NCBI GenBank assembly: GCA_036257815.1
Contig: DATAEW010000034.1
Coordinates: forward strand, 1,484 to 65,483
Origin: Solirubrobacterales bacterium
Lineage (GTDB): Bacteria; Actinomycetota; Thermoleophilia; Solirubrobacterales; 70-9
Length of the DNA: 64,000 nt
Direction: 5' to 3'
The first letter of the stretch is position 1. Every line of letters begins with the position of its first letter. Both the position numbers and the translations under genes were made by a program. A model generated the notes under the pieces. It saw only the letters and a program-made list of their open reading frames with translations. It ran no database searches and was not told where the DNA came from. Positions 19,163 through 27,656 of the stretch are shown piece after piece.

Positions 19163-22036
19163 ATGGCGTTGCTGACCCGCAAGCCCGAGGTCCCGGCTCC
19201 GCCGCCGGTCGAGCAGGCGGCCGACCGGGCGCCCGACGAGCTCGCCGGCGGAGTCGCCCAGCCGCTGCGCGGCGAGCTGGAGTCGCTGCTCGGCCCGGGC
19301 CGCGTCCTGGGACGGGTCAGTGACCTGGTCAGCTACGCCTCCGACGCCAGCCCCTACCGGCTGTTCCCGCGGGCGGTGGTGATGGCGCGCGACGGCGCCG
19401 ACGTCGCCAAGGTCCTCGCCTTCGGCCGCGAGAAGGGGATCCCGGTCACCTTCCGCGCCGGCGGCACCAGTCTCAACGGCCAGGGCCAGACCGCCGGCAT
19501 CCTGGTCGACGTGCGGCGCCACTTCCGCGGCGTCGCGGTGGAGGAGGAGGGGATGCTGGCCCGGGTCAAGCCGGGGACGATCCTCGGCCACGCCAACCGG
19601 GTCCTGGCGCCGCTCGGCCGCAGGCTCGGCCCCGACCCGGCGAGCACCGACGTCGCCACGGTCGGCGGCGTCGTCGCCAACAACTCGGGCGGCATGCGCT
19701 GCGGCGTCACCAAGGACTCCTACTCGACCGTCCGCTCACTCACCTTCACCCTGCCCTCGGGGACGACGATCGACACCGCTTCCCCCAACGCCGCCGAGCG
19801 CTTCGCCGCCGAAGAGCCCGAGCTGGTGGCCGGCCTGGAGGCGATCCGCGAGGAGATCCGCGCCGACGCAGAGCTGAGCGAGCGGATCCGGCGCAAGTTC
19901 GCGATCAAGAACACGACCGGCTACCGGCTCTGCGCCTTCCTCGACGCCGAGCAGCCGCTGGAGATCTTCCGCCGGCTGCTGATCGGCTCCGAGGGCACGC
20001 TCGCCTTCGTCTCCGAGGTCGTCTTCGAGACCGTGCCGCTGCCGGCGCGGACGACCACCGCCTGGGTCCACTTCCCGAGCATCGACGAGGCGATCGAGCC
20101 GGTCACCGAGCTGGTGCGCAGCGGCGCCACGGCGGTCGAGCTGATGGTCGCGCCGGCGCTGATCACCGCGGCCTGGAACATGGTCGGGGCGCCGGAGGAG
20201 TGGAAGGAGCTGCCGCCGGAGTCGGCGGTGCTGCTGGTCGAGTACGGCGGCGAGAGCGACGCCGAGCTCGACGAGCAGGTCGCCGCGGCCGGCGAGATCC
20301 TCGCCCCGCGCCAGACGATCCGGCCGATCGACTTCACCCGCGACCCGGAGGAGGTCGAGCTCGCCTGGCGAGTCCGCGAGGGCCTGCACGGGCTGATCGG
20401 CCGCCTGCGGCTGCCGGGCACGGCGCTGATCGTCGAGGACGTCTGCGTGCCGCCGGAGCGGATCGCCGAGGGGGCGCGCGACCTGCAGGCGCTGCTCGGC
20501 GAGCACGGCTTCCTGCCCGGGGTCGCCGGCCATGCCTCGGTCGGGAACCTCCACTTCATGCTGACCCCGGACTTCTCAAAGCAGGAGGACCTCGAGCGCT
20601 ACGACGCCTTCATGAACGGCCTCGTGGAGCTGATCGTCGACAAGTACGACGGCCCGCTGAAGGCCGAGCACGGGACCGGGATCAACATGGCCCCGTATGT
20701 CGAGCGCGAGTGGGGCCAGAAGGCGACCGAGCTGATGTGGCGGGTCAAGGAGCTGGCCGACCCCGACGGCGTGCTCGCCCCCGGCGTCGTCCTCAACCGC
20801 GATCCCGGCGTCCACCTGCGCAACCTGAAAACGACGCCGGCGATCGAGCAGTCGGCAACGACCTGCGTCGAGTGCGGCTTCTGCGAGCCGGTCTGCCCGA
20901 GCCGCGACCTGACGACGACGCCGCGTCAGCGGATCGTCCTGCGGCGCGAGATGGCGCGCCAGCCGGAGGGCTCCCCGGTGCGGCGAGCGCTGCTCGAGGA
21001 GTACCCCTACGACGCGGTCGAGACCTGCGCCGCCGACGGCTCCTGCCAGCTCGCCTGCCCGGTGGGGATCGACACCGGCCGCCTGGTCAAGGAGCTGCGC
21101 CACGCGAGCCACGGCGAGGCCGCCGAACGGAGGGCGCTGAAGCGGGCCCAGCGCTGGGCCTCGCTCGAGGGCGCGAGCCGGGTCGGCCTGCGCTTCGGCG
21201 GCCCGCTGGCGCGACGCACGAAGCGCGGTCGTGGCCTCCCCCGGGCGGCCTCCTCGAACCTGCCGCCGACCCTCCACACCGGCGCCGCCGCGGTCTACCT
21301 ACCGTCCTGCACCAACCGCATCTTCGCTGGCTCCGGCGGCGACGGCGGAGCCTGGGTGGTCGAGGCGATGGTCGAGGTCTCGGCCCGCGCCGGGCTGCCG
21401 GTCTGGATCCCGGAAGACGTCTCCGGCAGCTGCTGCGGTCTGCCCTGGAGCTCAAAAGGCTTCGCCGAGGCGCACAGCCACAAGGCGAACGAGTTCGTCG
21501 AGAAGCTCTGGACCTGGAGCGGCGAGGCGGCGCTGCCGGTGGTCATCGATGCCGCCTCCTGCACCAACGCCGCCGCCGAACCGGGTCCGGGGGTGCTGAG
21601 CGAGGAGAACGCCGAGCGCCTCACGCAGCTGGAGATCCTCGACTCGGTCGCCTGGGCCCACGACCGTCTGCTGCCCTGGCTCGAGGTCGCCGAGAAGGTC
21701 GGCTCGGCGACGGTCCACCCGACCTGCGCGACCCGCCGCATGGGCCTGGCGCCGCGCCTGCGGGCGCTTGCCACCGCCCTCGCCGAGGAGGTCTACGTGC
21801 CGCCGACGGCAACCTGCTGCGGCTTCGCCGGCGACCGCGGGATCTCCCACCCCGAGCTGACCGAGTCGGCCACCCGCCCGCAGGCCGCCGAGCTCGCCGC
21901 GGCCGAGCCGGCCGGCCACGACTTCGACGCCCACCTCTCCAGCAACCGCACCTGCGAGATCGGCCTGCAGCGCGCCACCGGCGCCCCCTACGAGTCGGTC
22001 GTAGTCCTGCTCGAGCGGCTGACCCGGCCGAGCTGA
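19163..22036 (+). CDS. FAD-binding oxidase fused to 4Fe-4S and CCG domains (YdiJ/GlcD-GlcF-like)
   Basis: N-terminal FAD PCMH domain (RAGGTSLNGQ); CxxCxxCxxxCP cluster (CVECGFCEPVCP) plus a second cluster; Cys-rich C-terminal repeats. Confidence 0.85.
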   Translation: MALLTRKPEVPAPPPVEQAADRAPDELAGGVAQPLRGELESLLGPGRVLGRVSDLVSYASDASPYRLFPRAVVMARDGADVAKVLAFGREKGIPVTFRAGGTSLNGQGQTAGILVDVRRHFRGVAVEEEGMLARVKPGTILGHANRVLAPLGRRLGPDPASTDVATVGGVVANNSGGMRCGVTKDSYSTVRSLTFTLPSGTTIDTASPNAAERFAAEEPELVAGLEAIREEIRADAELSERIRRKFAIKNTTGYRLCAFLDAEQPLEIFRRLLIGSEGTLAFVSEVVFETVPLPARTTTAWVHFPSIDEAIEPVTELVRSGATAVELMVAPALITAAWNMVGAPEEWKELPPESAVLLVEYGGESDAELDEQVAAAGEILAPRQTIRPIDFTRDPEEVELAWRVREGLHGLIGRLRLPGTALIVEDVCVPPERIAEGARDLQALLGEHGFLPGVAGHASVGNLHFMLTPDFSKQEDLERYDAFMNGLVELIVDKYDGPLKAEHGTGINMAPYVEREWGQKATELMWRVKELADPDGVLAPGVVLNRDPGVHLRNLKTTPAIEQSATTCVECGFCEPVCPSRDLTTTPRQRIVLRREMARQPEGSPVRRALLEEYPYDAVETCAADGSCQLACPVGIDTGRLVKELRHASHGEAAERRALKRAQRWASLEGASRVGLRFGGPLARRTKRGRGLPRAASSNLPPTLHTGAAAVYLPSCTNRIFAGSGGDGGAWVVEAMVEVSARAGLPVWIPEDVSGSCCGLPWSSKGFAEAHSHKANEFVEKLWTWSGEAALPVVIDAASCTNAAAEPGPGVLSEENAERLTQLEILDSVAWAHDRLLPWLEVAEKVGSATVHPTCATRRMGLAPRLRALATALAEEVYVPPTATCCGFAGDRGISHPELTESATRPQAAELAAAEPAGHDFDAHLSSNRTCEIGLQRATGAPYESVVVLLERLTRPS

Positions 22037-22053
22037 GGCCACCGGCGTGGTCT

Positions 22054-22905
22054 CTACTCCACCCCGCCCAGCGCCTTCGCGTCGAGGTCGCGAACCAGCG
22101 CCTGGGTCTTGGCGTCGTTCTCCATCCGCTTGTCGAGCAGGGGGTTGATCAGGCCGCGCAGGGCGGCGACGTAGCGCCACCATCTGGGGACGAAGACGCG
22201 GGGGGCGCGTTCTTCGATCCCGCGGAGCAGGCCGGCGGCCGCCTCGTCGGGGGTGATCCGTTTGAGCAGGAAGTCGGGGCTGAGATCGCGGACGCGCTCG
22301 GCGTCGGGCTGGGCGAAGGCGTCCTGGACCAGTTTGGTGTCGACCCAGCCGAAGTAGGCGACGCTGGCGCTGGCGCCGTGCGGCGCCAGCTCGACCCGCA
22401 GCGCCCGGCCCAGCGACTCGACCCCCGCCTTTGCCACCGCGTAGGGCGTGTTGCCGAAGCCGTTGGCGAAGGCGTAGACCGAGGAGACGACCACCATCTG
22501 GCCCCGGCGCTCGACCAGCTGCGGCAGCGCCGCCCGCACGGTCCGCCAGACGCCCAGCAGGTCGACCTCGAAGACGCGTTCCCATTCCTCGCCGGAGATC
22601 CCCCGCGCCGTGGCGAAGCTCTGCTGGGCGATGCCGGCGTTGGCGACCGCGACGTCGAGCCCGCCGAGTTTCTCCACCACCTCGGCGACCGAGGCCATCA
22701 TCGCCCCCTGGTCGGTGACGTCGGCGCCGACGCCGATCGCCCGCGGGCCGATCCGCTCCGCCGCCTCGCCGGCCTGGCCGGGGTCGAGATCCAGCACCGC
22801 CACCGAGGCGCCGCGCATGTGCATCTGTCGCGCCGTCTCGAAGCCGATCCCGCGGGCAGCCCCGGTGACCAAGGCGACCTTTCCGTTCAGGTCATAGCGC
22901 TCCAT
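22054..22905 (-). CDS. Short-chain dehydrogenase/reductase
   Basis: MERYDLNGKVALVTGAARGIG; YAVAKAG (YxxxK). ATG 22905 is preferred over the tracked upstream start. Confidence 0.85.
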   Translation of the reverse strand: MERYDLNGKVALVTGAARGIGFETARQMHMRGASVAVLDLDPGQAGEAAERIGPRAIGVGADVTDQGAMMASVAEVVEKLGGLDVAVANAGIAQQSFATARGISGEEWERVFEVDLLGVWRTVRAALPQLVERRGQMVVVSSVYAFANGFGNTPYAVAKAGVESLGRALRVELAPHGASASVAYFGWVDTKLVQDAFAQPDAERVRDLSPDFLLKRITPDEAAAGLLRGIEERAPRVFVPRWWRYVAALRGLINPLLDKRMENDAKTQALVRDLDAKALGGVE

Positions 22906-22997
22906 CGGTCGCCACCCTAGTGGTCTCACCTCCTCGCCGCACCGACGGCTCGATCGACAGTCACGCTTTCATGGGCGCTCATAGAATCGTCAGCTTC

Positions 22998-25900
22998 ATG
23001 CCCGGATTCGAGCCAGTCGATCCCAAGCAGTCGTTCCCCCAGATGGAGGAGCGGGTGCTGGAGCGCTGGCGCGAGGAGGACGTCTTCCGGCGCTCGCTGG
23101 AGAACCGCGAGGGGGCCGAGGTCTGGAGCTTCTACGAGGGGCCGCCGACCGCCAACGGCCGCCCCGGCTCCCACCACGTGTTGGCGCGCGTCTTCAAGGA
23201 CGTCTACCCGCGTTACAAGACGATGTGCGGCTACCGGGTGCCGCGCAAGGCAGGCTGGGACTGCCACGGCCTGCCGGTCGAGCTGGAGGTCGAAAAACAG
23301 CTCGGGATCTCCTCCAAGCAGGAGATCGAGGAGTACGGGATCGCCGAGTTCAACGCCCGCTGCCGCGAGTCGGTCTTCGAGTACGTCGAGGAGTGGAACC
23401 GGCTGACCGAGCGGATCGCTTTCTGGATCGACCTCGACGATCCGTATGTGACCCTCGAGGACCCCTACATCGAGTCGGTCTGGTGGTCGCTGCGAAAGCT
23501 CTGGGACGAGGGCCGGCTCTACGAGGGCCACAAGGTCGTTCCCTACTGCCCGCGCTGCGGCACCGCGCTCTCCTCCCACGAGGTGGCGCTGGGCTACGAG
23601 GACGTCGAGGACCCCTCGATCTACGTGCGTTTCCCCTTGCTGGGCGAGGACGGGAGCGAGAGCGGCGAGGCGCTGCTGGTCTGGACGACGACGCCCTGGA
23701 CGCTTCCCGGCAACGTCGCCGTCGCCGCCAACCCCGCGGTCACCTACGTTCGGGCGCGGTTGGAGGACGAGGTGCTGGTGCTCGCCGAGCCGCTGGCCGA
23801 GCGGGTGCTCGGGGAGGAGGCGGAGGTGCTGGACAGCTTCCCGGGGACCGAGCTGGTCGGCCGCCGCTACCGCGGACCGGTCTTCGCGCTCTCCGACGGC
23901 GGGCCGGGCGTCGGCGCAGCGGAGCCGTTCCCGGTCCTCGCCGGCGAGTTCGTCACCACCGAGGACGGGACCGGCCTGGTCCACATCGCCCCGGCCTTCG
24001 GCGAAGACGACTACACGGTTGCCGCCTCCAACGGCATCTTCGACCCGACCGACCACCGCAGCCTCTACAACCCGGTCGGCCTCGACGGCCGCTTCACCGC
24101 CCAGGTCAGCGGCTTTGAGGGCGAGTTCGTCAAGGCCCCCGAGGTGACCAGCGCGCTGATCGCCGACCTCGAGCGCCGCGGCCTGCTGTTCCGCGAGCAG
24201 GTCTACGAGCACGCCTACCCGCACTGCTGGCGCTGCGGCACGCCGCTGCTCTACTACGCGAAGTCGAGCTGGTACGTCGCCACCTCGCAGGCCCGCGACC
24301 GCCTGCTCGCCAACAACGAGGCGATCGGCTGGCACCCCGAGCACATCAAGCACGGCCGCTTCGGCCGCTGGCTGGAGAACAACGTCGACTGGGCGCTCTC
24401 GCGCGACCGCTACTGGGGGACCCCGCTGCCGGTCTGGGAGTGCGGCGGCGAGGGCTGCGAGGAGCGCTTCTGCGCCGGCTCGGTGGCCGAGCTCGCCGCG
24501 CGGGCAAAGGGCGAGGTTCCCGACGACCTGCACCGCCCCCACATCGACGAGGTCGTCCTCGAGTGCGCCGCCTGCGGCGGCGAGATGCGGCGCGTCGAGT
24601 CGGTGATCGACACCTGGTACGACAGCGGCGCGATGCCGTTCGCGCAGTTCCACTACCCCTTCGAGGGGCAGGCCGAGTTCGAGCAGCGCTTCCCGGCCGA
24701 CTACATCTGCGAGGCGATCGACCAGACCCGCGGCTGGTTCTACACCCTGCTCGCCGAGTCGACGCTGCTGTTCGACACCTCGAGCTTCCGCAACTGCGTC
24801 TGCCTCGGCCTGATCCTCGACCCCGAGGGGCAGAAGATGTCGAAGAGCCGCGGCAACGTGGTCGACCCCTGGGACGTGATCGCCGCCCACGGCGCCGACG
24901 CCTTCCGCTGGTACTACCTGACCTCGCAGCAGCCCTGGTCGGGCTACCGCTTCTCGGTCGAGACGGTCGGCGAGTCGGTGCGCCAGTTCCTGCTCACGCT
25001 CTGGAACACCTACTCCTTCTGGGTGCTCTACGCGAACGCGGAGGATCTGGGGCCACTCGACCTTCGCGGCGAGCCGCAGCCCGCGACCGACCTCGACCGC
25101 TGGGCGCTCTCGCGGCTGCAGGCGACGATCGCCACGGTCCGCGAGCGGATGGATGCCTTCGACTGCACGACCGCCGGGCGGGCGATCGCCGAGTTCGTCG
25201 AGGAGCTCTCGAACTGGTACGTGCGGCTCTCCCGCCGCCGCTTCTGGGACGGGGACCAAGCGGCCTTCGCGACGCTGCGCCATTGCCTGCTGGAGACGGC
25301 GGCGATGCTGGCCCCGTTCACGCCCTTCCTCGCCGATGAGATCCACCTCAACCTGGCCGGCGGCGCCGCTGGCAAGGTCCCCTCGGACACCGGGAGCACC
25401 TCGCCACGCCCCCTCTCCGACTCGGTCCACCTGCGCGACTTCCCGCAGCCCGACCCGGCGCTCGCCGACCCCAACCTGGAGGCGGCGATGGAGGCCGTGC
25501 GGCTGACCGTCGAGCTCGGCCGGGCCGCCCGCGCGCAGGCGAAGGCCAAGGTGCGCCAGCCACTGCGCCGGGCGGTGATCGTCGCCAACGAGGCCGAGCG
25601 GGCGGCGATCGAAGCCCGCGCCGGCCTGGTCACCGCCGAGCTCAACGTCAAGGAGCTCGACTTCGTCACCGAGACCTCGGAGCTGGTCAGCTACACGGCG
25701 AAGCCCAACTACCGGGCGCTCGGGCCGCGCTTCGGCAGCAGGATGCCGCAGGTGGCGGCGGCGGTCGAGGCGCTCGACCCCGCGCACGTCGCCTCGGTGC
25801 TCGCCGCAGGGGGAGAGATCGGGATCGCGATCGACGGCGTCGACCACGGCCTCGGCCCGGAGGACATCACCCTCGCCCTGCAGCCGCTGGAGGGGTACGA

Positions 25901-26210
25901 GGTCGAGGCCGAGGCCGGCCACGCGGTCGCCCTGCAGCTCGAGCTCGACGACGAGCTGCGCCGCGAGGGCCTCGCCCGCGAGATCGTCCACGCCGTGCAG
26001 ATCGCCCGCAAGGACGCCGGCCTGGAGATCACCGACCGGATCGAGCTGACGCTGGGCGGCGACCCCGACCTGCTCGAGGCCGCCCGCGCCCACGAGGACT
26101 ACCTGGCCGGCGAGGTTCTCGCCACCGCCGTCGCCTACGAGGGCACTGGCAATGGCGCCGCGACGACGATCGACGGCCGTGACCTGCGGATCGCCGTCAC
26201 CCGCGCCTGA
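22998..26210 (+). CDS. ileS: Isoleucine--tRNA ligase (type 2)
   Basis: PPTANGRPGSHHV (HIGH region), KMSKSRGN (KMSKS), and conserved MPGFEPVDPKQSFPQMEERVLERW N-terminus at ATG 22998. Confidence 0.95.
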   Translation: MPGFEPVDPKQSFPQMEERVLERWREEDVFRRSLENREGAEVWSFYEGPPTANGRPGSHHVLARVFKDVYPRYKTMCGYRVPRKAGWDCHGLPVELEVEKQLGISSKQEIEEYGIAEFNARCRESVFEYVEEWNRLTERIAFWIDLDDPYVTLEDPYIESVWWSLRKLWDEGRLYEGHKVVPYCPRCGTALSSHEVALGYEDVEDPSIYVRFPLLGEDGSESGEALLVWTTTPWTLPGNVAVAANPAVTYVRARLEDEVLVLAEPLAERVLGEEAEVLDSFPGTELVGRRYRGPVFALSDGGPGVGAAEPFPVLAGEFVTTEDGTGLVHIAPAFGEDDYTVAASNGIFDPTDHRSLYNPVGLDGRFTAQVSGFEGEFVKAPEVTSALIADLERRGLLFREQVYEHAYPHCWRCGTPLLYYAKSSWYVATSQARDRLLANNEAIGWHPEHIKHGRFGRWLENNVDWALSRDRYWGTPLPVWECGGEGCEERFCAGSVAELAARAKGEVPDDLHRPHIDEVVLECAACGGEMRRVESVIDTWYDSGAMPFAQFHYPFEGQAEFEQRFPADYICEAIDQTRGWFYTLLAESTLLFDTSSFRNCVCLGLILDPEGQKMSKSRGNVVDPWDVIAAHGADAFRWYYLTSQQPWSGYRFSVETVGESVRQFLLTLWNTYSFWVLYANAEDLGPLDLRGEPQPATDLDRWALSRLQATIATVRERMDAFDCTTAGRAIAEFVEELSNWYVRLSRRRFWDGDQAAFATLRHCLLETAAMLAPFTPFLADEIHLNLAGGAAGKVPSDTGSTSPRPLSDSVHLRDFPQPDPALADPNLEAAMEAVRLTVELGRAARAQAKAKVRQPLRRAVIVANEAERAAIEARAGLVTAELNVKELDFVTETSELVSYTAKPNYRALGPRFGSRMPQVAAAVEALDPAHVASVLAAGGEIGIAIDGVDHGLGPEDITLALQPLEGYEVEAEAGHAVALQLELDDELRREGLAREIVHAVQIARKDAGLEITDRIELTLGGDPDLLEAARAHEDYLAGEVLATAVAYEGTGNGAATTIDGRDLRIAVTRA

Positions 26211-26217
26211 GTTCGGG

Positions 26218-26283
26218 GAAAAATCAGCGCATGCTGAAAACGACCCCTCATAGGGGGAGAAAATCAGCGAGCGCTGAATTTTC
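26218..26283. repeat. Second copy of the double-palindrome element (aaatcagcgcatgctgaaaa ... cataggggg ... aaatcagcgagcgctgaatttt)
   Basis: Aligns along its length with 5235-5297. Again lies between convergent 3' ends (ileS and the tautomerase gene). Confidence 0.7.
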
Positions 26284-26298
26284 GGGCCGGGTCGCCGC

Positions 26299-26478
26299 TC
26301 ACTCCCCGGCCGGCTCGGGGATGATCAGGTCCGACTTCTTCGAGTCGGAGAACTTCACCCAACAGTGCTCGGGCGGGACGCCGGCGACCTCGCCGAGCGC
26401 CTCCTCGATGCGCTTGGCGATTTCGGCCTTCTGCTCGTCGCTGCGGCCCTCGTACCAGTGGATGTGGACGAACGGCAT
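26299..26478 (-). CDS. 4-oxalocrotonate tautomerase-family protein (59 aa; absent from the ORF track)
   Basis: Hand translation: MPFVHIHWYEGRSDEQKAEIAKRIEEALGEVAGVPPEHCWVKFSDSKKSDLIIPEPAGE. Pro-1 after Met and the beta-alpha-beta pattern are typical of the family. Confidence 0.7.
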   Translation of the reverse strand: MPFVHIHWYEGRSDEQKAEIAKRIEEALGEVAGVPPEHCWVKFSDSKKSDLIIPEPAGE

Positions 26479-26500
26479 GGGGCGAGGAGGGCGTCGCCGC

Positions 26501-26827
26501 TCAGGCGAGCGCCGGCTCCAGCTCGGCCTCGAGGCGGCGCTTCGGCATCGCCCCGACGATCTTCTTGGCGATCGCGCCGTCCCTGAAGAGGATCATCGTC
26601 GGGATCGAGAGGACCTCGTACTGGGTGGCCGTCTGCTGGTTCTCGTCGACGTTGATGCTGACGATCTTCAAATCGGCGCGCTCGGCGTCGATCTCCTCGA
26701 GGACCGGATGGACGACGCGGCAGGGACCGCACCAGGGCGCCCAGAAGTCGACGAGAACGGGTCCCTCGGCCTCGAGCACGTCCGCCTTGAAGGTTGCGTC
26801 GGTTACGTCAGTCAGTTTGCCGGTCAC
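26501..26827 (-). CDS. trxA: Thioredoxin
   Basis: 108 aa with the WAPWCGPCR active site. Confidence 0.95.
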   Translation of the reverse strand: MTGKLTDVTDATFKADVLEAEGPVLVDFWAPWCGPCRVVHPVLEEIDAERADLKIVSINVDENQQTATQYEVLSIPTMILFRDGAIAKKIVGAMPKRRLEAELEPALA

Positions 26828-27597
26828 TGGATATCGGTCTCCCGAGTCGAAGTTTCGTCCCTCAATACTTCAGAAAGTATAGCGCCGCCGAAGCGGAGGC
26901 GCGGCACCTGCCAGATCGCCTCGGCGACGATCGTGCCGTCCATCTTCGAGCTGCCCGCCTGGCGCTCGCGGAAGACGATCGGCACCTCGGCTACGCGGAA
27001 GCCGGCGCGAATCGTCCGGTAGGTCATCTCCACCTGGAAGGCGTAGCCGCGGGCCTGGATCGAGTCGAGGTCGATCGCCTCGAGGACCTCGCGGCGGAAG
27101 CACTTGAAGCCGCCGGTGAGGTCGCGAACGTCAACCCCGAGGACCATTCGGGCGTAGGCGCTGCCGCCGCGGCTGATCGCCCGCCGCAGCGGACCCCAGT
27201 CGCTGACCCCCCCGCCGGCCACGTAGCGGGAGCCGAGCACCAGGTCGGCGCGCTCGGCCGCCTCCAGCAGCCGCGGCAGGTAGGCGGGATCGTGAGAGAA
27301 GTCGGAGTCCATCTCCAGCACCAGCCCCGCCCCGCCGGCGAGGGCGCGGCGGAAGCCGGCGATGTAGGCGGGGCCCAGGCCTTCCTTGCGCGGCCGGTGC
27401 AGGACGCTGACGTTTTCCAGCCCCGCGGCGATCCGGTCGGCGATCCTCCCCGTGCCGTCGGGCGAGTTGTCGTCGACGATCAGCACCCGCGCCGAGTCGG
27501 GCAGCTTGGCCCGCGCCGCCGCGACGAAGGGCTCGATGTTGTCGGCCTCGTTGTAGGTGGGCAGGACCAGCCAAGCCGGTCCCCTGTCCGCTGACAT
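26824..27597 (-). CDS. GT2 polyprenol-phosphate mannosyltransferase (Ppm1/DPM1-like)
   Basis: PTYNEADNIE, VDDNSPDGTG and DSDFSHDP motifs; 4-nt overlap with trxA. Confidence 0.85.
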   Translation of the reverse strand: MSADRGPAWLVLPTYNEADNIEPFVAAARAKLPDSARVLIVDDNSPDGTGRIADRIAAGLENVSVLHRPRKEGLGPAYIAGFRRALAGGAGLVLEMDSDFSHDPAYLPRLLEAAERADLVLGSRYVAGGGVSDWGPLRRAISRGGSAYARMVLGVDVRDLTGGFKCFRREVLEAIDLDSIQARGYAFQVEMTYRTIRAGFRVAEVPIVFRERQAGSSKMDGTIVAEAIWQVPRLRFGGAILSEVLRDETSTRETDIQ

Positions 27598-27656
27598 CGG
27601 GAGGATGCTATTCCGGTTCGGAAAGCGGGCCTAAAGCGACCGGTTAAGTTGCTCCG

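Noticed and set aside
22906-22997. Possible T-box riboswitch upstream of ileS
   Set aside because: Only 92 nt are available. ccctagtggtctcacc does not match the conserved T-box sequence, and I see no specifier-loop/antiterminator arrangement.
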